Source: the human T2T-CHM13v2.0 reference genome, Homo sapiens
Length of the DNA: 64,000 nt
NCBI RefSeq assembly: GCF_009914755.1
Contig: NC_060940.1
Strand: one strand, 5' to 3'
In this document: positions 27,906 to 44,512 of the stretch, piece by piece
Numbering within the stretch: the stretch's first letter is position 1
Layout: the number at the start of each line of letters is the position of its first letter
Program-made: the position numbers and the translations under genes
The notes under the pieces: generated by a model
Database searches by the model: none
Seen by the model: only the letters and a program-made list of their open reading frames with translations
What the model was told of the DNA's origin: nothing

Positions 27906-28289
27906 GACCAAGGCAGGGGGGCAAGGACAACATGTGTGATCCTCTTGAAAATGCTTAAGATTGATACACGGTATTGATATAAGATGATTTCCCTCAAATG
28001 CTCATTGATCCTATTAGCAAACCAAATCCATTGCAATCTGCGTGGCACTCCAGGAATATCAAATCGAGGCTCACAGAGAGGTTAGTGAATTTGTTCTGCC
28101 ACTAGGATGCTGAATTATTTTTCCTAGGCCTCAATGCCATCTGTGAAAGGGGTGAGATGATAGGCTATGTGCAAGCATTAAGGTTTGGGGTAATTAACTT
28201 GCTTCTGGGGAAAATGTTTAACTATGAAATAAAGTTAGATCCAGTATTGACTGCCCTTTTTGTTGCTGTTCCTCTTTACTCATCTAAAA

Positions 28290-28330
28290 AGAAGGAGGAG
28301 AAAGAGGAGGAGGAAGAGGAGGAGGAGGAA
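28290..28330 (+). repeat. (GAG)n low-complexity repeat
   Basis: Directly visible. Confidence 0.85.
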
Positions 28331-29219
28331 ATGCTTATTTCTGGAGCAGCAATAAGCATGTTCCAGAAAAAAGATCTGGGTATACCACCATGGAATACTC
28401 CATGCCAGTGAAAGGATATTATGCTTCAAGCACAGACATGCAGCTCTTCAGCACTGTCATTACACACATGTGAGTTAGGAGGAGCAGAGCATGAAAACAA
28501 ATCTTTTGTGTGATCACATGGAACCAGTTAGGGAAAATAGTGGGAGCTGAACTTTGGACAACTCTGAATCATACTCAATTGATTCTCCATCATCCAACAA
28601 GCCATCATCAAAAACAGGCAAAACACAGCCCAGAGAGAATAGTACACACTGGAAATATGAGCAGATGCAGTGGTATATATTATTGTCCAGACACGAATGA
28701 ATACTGTGACTTAGTGAGACATAGGCCTTAAAAGGCAAAAATAGAAGCAGTGTGTCCTTCTCCTTCTTTGTCAAAGGAGGCTGTGTCTTTGACACTTCAA
28801 CCAACGTAAGAACTGTGCTGAGTGTCTGTGATGTCTTTTGAATCAATCTCAGGAAAAAGATATCCCTGTACTGAATCTACAAAGCCTCAAATATTAATAC
28901 TTAAGGCAACTTTTAGACTCTTTGATGGCTAGAGAAATTCAATGGCAATGGACCAAACCCATCCCAAATGCAGTGTCATAGAGAAATGCGTGTGCACAAA
29001 GTTGATAGTAATTAATGAGAAATTTCCAAGGTCTTCCCTCCTTTGGCATAGCTCCTTTGTCTTTGGCCTTGATTCTCATAGAAGCAAGTTGATCACAACG
29101 GTGACTACTGGAATGGAATGCTTTCACATTTTGGCTTTGACAATTACGTTCTTTCTTTTTAAAATGCCCTTTCTCCTCTGCCACCTATAGCCATTAAAAC
29201 CCAGATCCCTCTGTTTTGA

Positions 29220-30330
<1,111 letters not shown>

Positions 30331-30527
30331 CCCCAACCCTAATGCCAGCATACTTTATTACTTGCTATTCATTGTCTATGACATTTCATATGGACCATAA
30401 CTATAACATCAATCAAATCACATATCCTAATTTTTCATCCGAGGCTTCAACTAAACCATGAAATCTGAAGGATATAGACTGTTTTGTTCACTTTGAACTA
30501 TTTACTACAAAGTTAGGAAAATTACGT

Positions 30528-30657
30528 AGGGTCACCATGTACTGATATGTAGGTGATACACTGAACAATTCCAAAGGGAGAAATCTGTATCACTGTGATG
30601 TGAATAGCAGCATGTGGTATTGTGCAGTATCCAACCTGAGCAACCATACAGCAGCTC
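30528..30657. mobile_element. MER91-like palindromic hAT MITE
   Basis: AGGGTCACCAT...GATGTGAATAG...TTGTGCAGTATCCAACCTGAGCAACCATAC resembles MER91A. Confidence 0.5.
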
Positions 30658-30837
30658 AGATTTCTCTTTAACAAGGAGGTAAATCAGGAAGACTTTTTCT
30701 TTCACCTCTTGTTCTAGGAAGAAACTCAGTGTTCCATGTCCTTGCTCTGGCCAACTTCTCCCTAAGTCCACACCTTAGGGTAACAAAATCCTTAAAGAAA
30801 GACCTCAGTGGACTCATATAGGGCAACTCACACGTGC

Positions 30838-33900
<3,063 letters not shown>

Positions 33901-33916
33901 AGAAAGTGATATTGGA

Positions 33917-34640
<724 letters not shown>

Positions 34641-35349
34641 CAAGGTCTCCTTGATCTGAGACTACCTCCTGCTAAAGCACTCTATGTCTGTCCTATTCCC
34701 TTCCTAAAAGTCCAAGGAGGAAGGCTGGTGAGGGGTGGGTGGGCCGCTGAGCTTGGTAAGGTTGTTACGAGTGAATGAGCTGACATGAACTTTCAATGTG
34801 CCTGACCTATTTACCAGGATCCCTATCCCAGCCTCCCTCCTCCCATCTTTTCCTCTCTCTCTCCCACATATGCGGTGATAAACAACTGAGCTGCCCTTAG
34901 CCATTTTTACAATATTGATATTTCCATTTCTTTTTTCTCATGAAACAAAAGGACTTAAGTTTTGAGAAATAAAGAAATAAAAAGAATTCTAGCATATTCA
35001 TTACAAGGTATGAATGCTCCTTCCCAGAATGTTTAGAGTCTTGCACAGGCCAGGAAATGTGCTTCCTGAAGACCCCTGTCCACACTTTTATCTGCATAAC
35101 TTTCATTGACCTAAATTGTATTTTTGTGTGCAGAAGGGCAGCCCAGTGGAAACTTAACAAGTCTTCTCATCTTTCTGTTAAACTTCCTCAGTTGCCAATT
35201 ACCAATTCTGTGCACTGGGGGATGTGCAAGACACACCACCTTCAATAGGAGCAGGATGTACTGGTTAAGGATGACCAAGTCAAATATGTAAAGGGATCCC
35301 TTAGTCACAAAGATGGTGCCAATGTGGTAGGGCTTAAACTAGGATGGAG

Positions 35350-35565
35350 AAGCAGATGGAAGGGAGAAGACCAGAGAGGAGAAGAGAGAGGAGAAAGAGA
35401 GAGATAGATAAGAGAGAGGAAAAAGAAGAAACAGAGAGGAGAGAGAGAAAGAGAGAGAAAGAAAGAAAGAGGGAGAGAGAGAGAGGAAGAGAGGGAGAGA
35501 AAGAGAGAGAAAGAAAGAAAGAGGGAGAGAGAGAGAGGAAGAGAGGGAGAGAAAGAGTTGAAGGA
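35350..35565 (+). repeat. GA-rich polypurine tract containing a perfect 52-bp tandem duplication
   Basis: Copies at 35443-35494 and 35495-35546 are identical. Purine-only from 35433 to 35557. Confidence 0.93.
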
Positions 35566-36479
35566 GAACAAATTCAAGAACCTACGGATATAGTTTCTTT
35601 AGAAGTACGTAATACTGAAGAGGCTGAAAAATAATTCCTTGAAATGATTTATGGCTAGAGGGAATCTGGGATCATTTAAAATCTGTCATAGAGGAATCTG
35701 GGACTCTATTTAGGAGACGTTTCTTGGAGCCGTATCTATATCTCACCATTTTGATCATCTGACCAGCTGTTTAAATGCAATGATTATGTGGCTGGACTGA
35801 TGGGCTAACTCAGTCAAACAAGCCCATCTGGAAGATGATGTAGAGTCAGTCAAGATATTATATTCTCTGTGCAAATGCAAACACATTGTTTCCATTGGTC
35901 ATTGCCATTCATGGAATATAACATGGAACAAAGTAATCCCTATGAAATACATTTATATTCAAAGACAGAGAACAGGGGAAACCATGTCAGCACCTCTGTC
36001 GCTAACTCTTCACCATCATCATTGAACACTGACCCATGGGTTCTTTTAAGAATACCATTCCATGAGCTATACAAATGCATTTTGAAAAGCTACACAAGTC
36101 ACACGAATTGCTAACGCTAAGTATAATCACTGCGAGAAAAGAGAACCACACTAAATCGCCTCTTAGAGTTGGGGCTGCACAGCGGGACTTAGAGCAGCAT
36201 GTTCTTTGTAACCAGGGCTTACATCCTACCGTGGCTGATGTCCATAGAACTGTAGAGTTAGAAAAGAAAATACGAGTGTGTGTGTGCATGCATACACGTG
36301 TATGTTAACCGCACATAAGAGATACACAAACTCACATATACACAAAAATATATTCAAGTACCCAAAGTTTATCCACTTTACCTTGTATGCAAATTTGATT
36401 GTTTAAATGTTCTATATTGTGACACATGAGATGTGGCTGCAATAGGGTGGTGATTAGAAGCTTCCAGTATCGCCTCATT

Positions 36480-37440
36480 GGATTTAAGGCTTAGACATAC
36501 CTCCAGCTCAGCCCCTTCTCTGGAATAATATGTAGGGAACTAGGTATTTTCATGTGAGAATTGAACCTCAGAACCAATATACCCCAAACCAAAATCATCC
36601 CTTTCTCCTCTAATCAATTTCTTCTTCCTTCGTTCTCCATTGATTTTCATCACATGAACCCAGGAGTGCAGGAGCTCTGTCTGACTTGCTCATGACTGTA
36701 TTCCCAAGGCCCAGAGCAGTGTCTGACACACAGTAGCTGCACAGAGAGTATGTGCTGAATAGTTTGGGTGGATGGACATTGAAGTCACTGTTCTCCCCAC
36801 CGTGGGGCTCATCTTGAATACTTTTCTGTCTAGTTATACATCAATGTCTGTCATTTCTTTCTTTAAGAGGTGTCTTTGCATTTGTTTACCTCACTGTGTT
36901 GATACATGAGATCAAGTACAGAAAAACGCATGATCAACACCGTGCACATTTAGGGTAATTATTCCTTTCAACTTCTGCCTGCTAGCACCCTCGTTGAAGT
37001 CTTCATCCCCCCCATAACAAATCCATCAGGCTGAGCGGGTCTGTTTTCCTTCAGTCTCGCTTTACTGCATTCCCATATTCCCGTTAAAGTGATAACCTCC
37101 AAAGCGCCGTAGTGACTGTATTGTTCTACCGTCCATCACCTTCAACCAGAAGCTTCCTGTGGACTACTAAATTCCAAAGCAATCTAGGCCATCCCTGTTT
37201 GGGGATCTCTGCATTTTTCTACCTCTATGGCTCACTCATTTCCTTTGCACTAGAAATATTTATCATCTCATGCTCCCTCAACAGACTTGGCCATTTCTAC
37301 CTTCATATTTTTCTCCATATCCATCTACAAAATTCATGGATGAATAAATGTACAGATGAATGTCCCTTCTCATTGACCTTTGCAAATCCCATCTACCTTT
37401 CAAATGCCATCTCTAACACTACAGTTTTCTTCCCTCACTA
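36480..37440 (+). mobile_element. L2 fragments
   Basis: 3' end CTGTATTCCCAAGGCCCAGAGCAGTGTCTGACACACAGTAG (~36695-36740) plus degenerate L2 body. Confidence 0.5.
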
Positions 37441-37763
37441 CCCCAGTTTGAGTTAGTTGTTTCAGTCACCAGGCAAGAAATCTGAGAGCATCAAATTTAT
37501 TTGGGAGGAGCAGGGAGGAGCAGCAAAGAGTGAAACCACAATGAGGAACTGTAGGAAAAATATTAGAAATGTAGCAAACATAGTATCTTTCAACTATCCC
37601 ACCTATGAGGTGAGGGAGCTGGGGTATTTATACACCAACTCCTGACAGTTATTGGTAGAGGGAAAAAGGAGAGAATATAAATTCCCAATCACTTTAATCT
37701 GGTATAACACCAGAAGCAGCCCTCAGGTACAGCGATGTACATCCTCAGTTGCTCAGGTCTAAA

Positions 37764-38118
37764 GCAGTGTTTTCTAACAGAAATATCACGTGAGTCCCAA
37801 ATGCAACCTGCATATATAATTTTAAGTTTTCTAGTAGCCACATTAAAAAACATAAAAAAATAAGTGAAATTAACTTTAATAATGTGTTTTATTATTAATT
37901 ATTGTTGTACATTTTATTCAGCCCAGTATATTACCCAGGTTACTATTATTTCAACACATAATCAACGTAAACAAATTATTGAGATGCTAACTTTCTTTGG
38001 TGCTAAGTTTTTGAAATCTGCAATATATTTTATACTCTACGTATCTCAGTTAGGACTAGCCACATTTCAGGTGCTCGTTAGCCACAGAGACTATGGTCTA
38101 CCATATTGGACAGGTCTC
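37764..38118. mobile_element. MER33 (hAT-Charlie)
   Basis: TTTTCTAGTAGCCACATTAAAAAA...GGACTAGCCACATTTCAGGTGCTC...CTACCATATTGGACAG. Confidence 0.85.
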
Positions 38119-40539
38119 AGGGATACAGGCAGGTCACTTAAACATGGATCATTGCTAGTCACTGAGATCATCGCCTTCTTTCGCTGGACTACTTAAAGTG
38201 CTGATCTAAGACTCAGCATACAGTGTTTAGAAATGTTATTTATTTTTTCATGTAGCTAGGTCTTATTTCCCTGAATAAGGACATATACAACTAGGATTTA
38301 CTTCTGTTATTTTCCCATTAGTTCCTTTTTTATTGCCTGGTTCAATTAGCCTTTGCCAAATGGCAGATTCTGGGAAGTCACCTTATCCACAGGTCCCTAA
38401 CCTTTCATGAGGAGAAATCATCATTAATTTCCCATTCAGGGGACTGAGAGGAGATGTGTCAGTCCAAACCTCAGCAGAGAGGGACAGTTAGCTCCTGGTC
38501 TGACAGGGGGAAGACTCTGCCCCGAGCAAGACATATTTAACCACTATGCAGACACAGGAATTTTAAAGACCTCCAAAGAGGGAGATACAGCAAACTCCTC
38601 TAATAACAATTTTGAGCAAATGCTTTCAGGTTTTGCCGAAAGAAAAAAAAGAAACCCATCTATCTAACATAAATTATCCTTCGGCTGTTTTTTCCCCGTT
38701 CTGCCGTATTGCCTGCATTCATTTCTGAGTCCAACAAAGTCTTTGAAAAGCATTGGATAGGCACTTGGTGACCAGTTTGCCATTAAAAGGTTAACATGTC
38801 TTCCCAGCTAAACAGAACAGTGGCTATTATGCCATGGAATGAAAAGCACCAAGAGAGATTCGTGGCACATAAGAGGCAAAGCAGCGAAGGCAAGGAGATT
38901 TTGCAAAGTCCAGGAATGTCTCAAAGGCACTAAGTGGTATTCACTGTCTACTAATGGAAAATGTGAATTTCCCAAGTCATTTAAGTAAGCAGATAGATGT
39001 AAACATTTCCAAGCTCATCAACTTCTCGAGAATAAAGGGGAGATCTGCTGAATTCCAGACGGTTGAAAATGACCCATTCTTCTTGATCTGAAGCCCAGGA
39101 ATTTTCTCCAGTATTTCTAATTGATGGTTATTTATGACAAACAGTTAAACCACCAGTAAATCAGAAGACAGAAATTTTCCATTAAAAAAAAAGATATTTT
39201 CTACATTATTGGTTATAAACCCATTTCTTCTTCAGTTATCTGGGATTAAACATTCAACATTTAATCAGTCTCTTTTTAGGATTATTCTATAAATTTTTAA
39301 AATGTTTTTCTACATATCTCTAAAATACCTATTTATTTATCAATTATTATCTGCCTTGTTTTTTTAAAAAAATTCTTCCTTATTAACTTCCTCCCATTCT
39401 TCCCTACCTTGGGCCCGTGATTCATTCTCATCCATAAGTTGTCCTACTTTCAGAATGATGTACCTTTGAGCTTTGTACCTTGGTTGATTGGAATTTCTTT
39501 CCGTCCCATTTTCTACCTCCCAAAGGAGACCACCGTTCTCTGTCCCTGGTTCTTCCTGGTCACATGCCACCTGTCTTGTCTTTTTATTCTTGCTTCATCA
39601 GAGTCTCTATTCCCAGGGACTTCAAAGGTTGAAGGTTCCAGAAGGCAGCCTCAATACTCCTGTTAGGAGTACTCCCACTAGAGGGGTTGAAGTGTTACCA
39701 TTCCACTGACTTCTACTTCCTTTACCAGGGGTTACTTGCCTCCAAGACACCATTTGATTAGCAAACCGTACTCAGATATGGAAGTGGCATTGCTCACAAA
39801 CTACTAGGAATTAAGGTCGTTTCATTTTTCAAAACAAAAGTTTCTAGGAAATGAAGTATGTTTACTAGCAGTGTAATTGGAGTGAAGAAAACTTATGCCT
39901 GTTTTTTTAGAAATTAAAATTATGGTATTTTAATATGAGGCAGATCACATATTTAAAGATAAAAGAATGTATGGAAACTGCTGCCATTTGGGGTTGGTTT
40001 AAATAGACTCATTGTAAACTTGATTTAATTTCACACCAGGCACTTTTTCACAAACTCAAGTTTGAAATAGAAAAATGAGGCCTTCTTTAAGATAATGAAC
40101 CCATTTTCAAAGTGTTGCTTCAAATCTCACTCTTAAAAAGATGTAATGGAATATACTTGGGTGTTTCTACAATTGTGATGTTTTATGACTATGTCTAATC
40201 CCTGAAATCTCATTTTCTGAACTTTCCATAAATTGCACCAAATTCTATAAATTAAAATTGGAATTATATAATCCTTTGTCTTCATCTAAGATGAAAACTA
40301 AAATTACAAAGGCATAGCCTAGCAAACTTAAGTTTTTCTAAATTCATGTATTAAGTAAAAATTAACTGTGAGCTTTTACCAGATGAGGAATTTTTAGAAA
40401 AATTATGTAATTATGAAATAATTGTCTTGGTAAATTTCAGTTTATAAATGTTGGGCTTCTTTCAATGGGCTTAGAGGAACAGCTGATGCACCTTCAAATT
40501 CTCCATCTGGCTCTCTCACCACCAAGCCCTGTCTGCTCT

Positions 40540-40900
40540 GGAAGAAGTCTACTGTCTCACGCATTCTTTGTACAAACATCTGGTGTCTAGCAAGCATACA
40601 TAGTAGACATACATGAAATAAATGTTAATTGAATGAATAAACCAAGTCACCTATGGTGTTAAATGCAAATTTACACAAAATCAATTTAATTTAACATATA
40701 TTTATTTAGCACCTACTATTTACACTGGAAAAATAAAAGATGATTATGAAGACATAGATTCTGCCTTTGAAGAGTTTATAAAATAATACAGAGAAAAAAA
40801 GGACAGAGATCATTCTACACCAAAGTGATACTGATAATATGTTGGCACAGCTAATAGTTCTGAAGAGAGTGAAGATATAAACTCTCAAGCAAGTTAGAGG
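40540..40900. mobile_element. Two tail-to-tail L2 3' fragments
   Basis: + strand end ATAAATGTTAATTGAATGAATA (~40640) and - strand start ATTTATTTAGCACCTACTAT (~40700). Confidence 0.5.
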
Positions 40901-41139
40901 GACCAGGAAAACTATCACAAAACACGGTGTACAAAATAATCCTTGGACCCTTCAGAATTCCAGAATCCTGGATTCAATACTTCAGAACATCATCATCCAA
41001 AGAACAAAATCAAAACAAATGAACGAAAAAATCTCAAATAGCCACCTGATTTTTAAGGCAGTTAAGGAATCCCAGCCTTCAATTATCAAGCTTAAACTAT
41101 GTCTTGTTGTGGCTGGTTGGTTAGTTGGTTGGTTACCCC

Positions 41140-41435
41140 TATGTAGCAGATTTAGAGCTCAGATGTTCAAAAGGTTCTGCCACTTTCTTGTGGAGCAATC
41201 TCATCCACAAGATGCAGACAATCATATCTACCTTAAAGGTTTGTTGTAAAGGGTTTAGAATGGAGTTTGGCACATAATAAGCTTGAGGAATATGAGCTGC
41301 CATTGATAATAGCAATAATAATAATGATAGTAATGATCATTTGTTCCACTTAGTCACTGTGCCACTAACTCTGAACCTACCACAATAGTACTGGTAATCT
41401 CTCACTTGTATAAACAGATAAACCCTACAGACAGG
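41140..41435. mobile_element. Tail-to-tail MIR fragments
   Basis: GGTTCTGCCACT...GTTGTAAAGG...TGGCACATAATAAGC, followed by a reverse MIR after an (AAT)n tract. Confidence 0.5.
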
Positions 41436-42657
41436 GCGGGCAGGGTAGGAGGTAGGGTGGTGATGTCTCTGTCTCACACTGACTCTCATACTTGTTCTGT
41501 CCCCAAGCCCCACATCACTCTCCTTTTCGCCGGTGGCTCTCATAGAGGCCGTTGTGAGAAAATGTAGTGAACGTAGAAAGGGGTGGAAATCTGGGAAAAC
41601 TCCAGGAATTTTAAGAAGAATTTTTAAATAATTTAAAATAAAAAAATTTAAATCTAAAATAATTTTTTATATAATAGCATTTTAAATTTTATTAAAATGA
41701 ATTTTAGTAAACAATAAACTTGGAACTCTGATCAAAATGGCAGATACTCATAATCACCACATTTTTTCACTTTTGCTTATTATAATCCCTAAAATTCCAC
41801 CAATGAAAGTAGCAATTTCCAGCCCTGGGTCCTTAGAATTCTGACTCGGCTGAGGTAGTATTTATTTTCCCATAATAAGAAAGATTTCACAAGCCTTGAT
41901 GAAAATGTCAACTTCCGTTCCCTTTTGCCAAAAAAATAGCAAGTTTGCATGGCAGCCTTGGTTATCTAATGATGCACAGAAGCTCTGATTGTCAGTTATA
42001 TATGCCTTTACTTAATGAATATAGGAAAGAGAATTCATTATTATTCCATCAATGAAGTTTGACATCACAGCATGGATGTCCATTGATTTTGAGCATAACA
42101 AATACCAGATTTTAAAAAATTAATTGTGAAAAATTGGGAACTGATAAATCAGAAATTCATTTGAATTTAAAAGCATCTTTAAAGTATTACAACCATGGCT
42201 GGAAAAAGCAAAGACATAAAACAGACATAATGAACTTCCTTTGAAGCATTATTGTGAAGATGAAATACTTTCTGGTCTTCTTGTTCAGGAAACGCTTGTT
42301 CAATTGGATTCTGATTTCCACAGAGGTTTCTCTTTGTCTAACTTGAAATCGGGTCTGCTAAGGAATGGGGGGAGTTCCTAGGCATTTTGTGTATCCCATA
42401 TGCCATTATCCATAGCCCAGGATCTGGTACAGAACTGGGATTCGGGAAAATGGTTAATGATCTGGGGCAGTGAGGGAGGAGGTTACTTGGGAGAGGGGAA
42501 CTTAGTTGACTAAGCAGCCCAGACCATGTCCAATCCCAGAGCAGGAAACCGGGCAGGAAATTTAGGGCAAGAGGGCCTAGGGATCCTGAGGACAGGGTGC
42601 CCTAAAGACCACCTCCCTTACTGTCAAGCTGTGCCTTGTGTCTACTCTGTGCCAAGG

Positions 42658-43038
42658 TGTATTAGTCTGTTCTCACACTGCTAATAAAGACATATCCAAG
42701 ACTGGGTAATTTATAAAGGAAAGAGATTTAACTGACTCCCAGTTCCACCTGGCTGGGGAGGCCTCAGGAAACTTACAATCATGGTGGAAGGGGAAGCAAA
42801 CACATCCTTCTACATGTGGTGGCAGCAAGGAGAAGAATGAGTGAAGCGGGGCATGGGGAAGCTCCTTATAAAACCATCAGATCTCCTGAGAATTCACTCA
42901 CTATCAGGAGATCAGCATGCAGGTAACTGCGCCCATAATTCAATTACCTCCCACTGGGTCCCTCCCACAACACGGTGGCAATTATGGGAACTACAATTCA
43001 AGATAAGATTTGGGTAGGGACACAGCCAAACCATATCA
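42658..43038 (-). mobile_element. THE1 (D/C-type) solo LTR
   Basis: TGTATTAGTC...CAGCCAAACCATATCA with a perfect 5-bp TSD CAAGG (42653-57 / 43039-43). Confidence 0.95.
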
Positions 43039-44469
43039 CAAGGAAAGGGAGTTTCACTGTGCCTTTATTTCTCCTCCTCTCTCCCATAATATGGGAACAT
43101 AACACACGACTTCTTCTGAAATGATTTGGGATTTATTATAATTTGGCAAATTTGTTATTCAGGCTAAACGAGCAAATAAACACACGAAAGCTCTTTAGCA
43201 AAGAACTCTTGGAACACAGCACCTGCTTGGTACAATGAGATCTCTTCCCACTCCAATTTCAGCCCTGACATAGTTACTACGTGGTTTCTGAACTCATGAC
43301 CAGATGTGACCTCCCTGGGTTTTATATGCTCTGCTGACAGCATGTGATGTGCCTGCCACCCTAGAGGCGGGGTTGGTGCTGTCTTCCTGTGCAGGGTGGC
43401 CCTGTCCCATGTTCTGAGTTCATTGACATACATGGGGGTATGCTTTACACCCAGTGGCATTTTGGCAAAATCAGCCTTGCAAATGGCCCCTCACCCTGGA
43501 TCCTTGGCATATTTCACTGCAATTTACACAGTGCTGGGGGTAGGGGGCAGGGAATGGAAGCTGGGGTTTTTTTTTTTTTTCATATGTATATTCTGAAGGA
43601 AAGAAAGGCAAATAAAGAAAATAAAGGAGATGGATAAAGTCTTTTCTCTTTCACTTCTTCCTGAATTTCCCCTCCTTTTGTTTTGTCCTTGCATCTACCT
43701 CGTTCCTGTTCTGATGAAACTCTATCCTTTATTAAACAAACTTACAATATTTAGATGTGGCAATTCAGACATCCACCATTGAAAATATAGAAGCAGAGGT
43801 GGTTAAAAAAAATTCCAGCCAACTCACTGTGCAAAAGGGGATGGTCAACTGATTTTGAAAACTTCAGAAGAAAAGCAAATGAAAGTTTCAAAATCTGTCA
43901 TTTCAGTTTGTAAACTCTTCCAGTAAATAGTAGCCTTATTATTAGAAGTATATATCAGAAAAATAGCATCCTGGCAGCTCTGCTGTGCCAGGAACCATAG
44001 TAAGGGGTTGGCATGAATGTTCGCATAAGGGAAGGACAGTAGGCTGGGTGATTTAAATAGAGTAATTTCTCATCTGTCAGCTGATTCCTTCCACCAGCCA
44101 GTCCAAGCCATCTCTCTGTGCACCTACCATGTGCAAGGCATACAGGCAACACTGGCCATTTTTTATACATAAACACATTCTTTTCCTATTACTTGGCTTT
44201 CTCCCTCAGAAAGTGACAGGAAGTCCACTAGAATTACAGAAATGCCATGCTAGGAAGAACCATAGAGATTAGCAAGTCCAACCCCTTCATTGAACAGGTG
44301 ATTCTTGCAAAGTTGGAGTTTAAGGGAGGCATCGTAAAACATCAACTGAAGTCTTGCGGCCTTTCCATGACAACATATGCACGGGATGAAAACAGAAAGG
44401 CAGAAGGGCAGAAATCATCTTTGTGGCCCTTCTGTCCCTACCACTTCCCAAAGAGCTGTGAAAACAGCT

Positions 44470-44512
44470 TGATTCTCATGTTCTGATTCTCATGTTCTTG
44501 ATTCTCACGTTC
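44470..44512 (+). repeat. 3 x 14-bp tandem repeat TGATTCTCAYGTTC
   Basis: Copies at 44470, 44484 and 44499. Confidence 0.9.

Noticed and set aside
44470-44512. Short direct repeats as a CRISPR-like array
   Set aside because: These are head-to-tail 14-mers with no spacers, in eukaryotic DNA.
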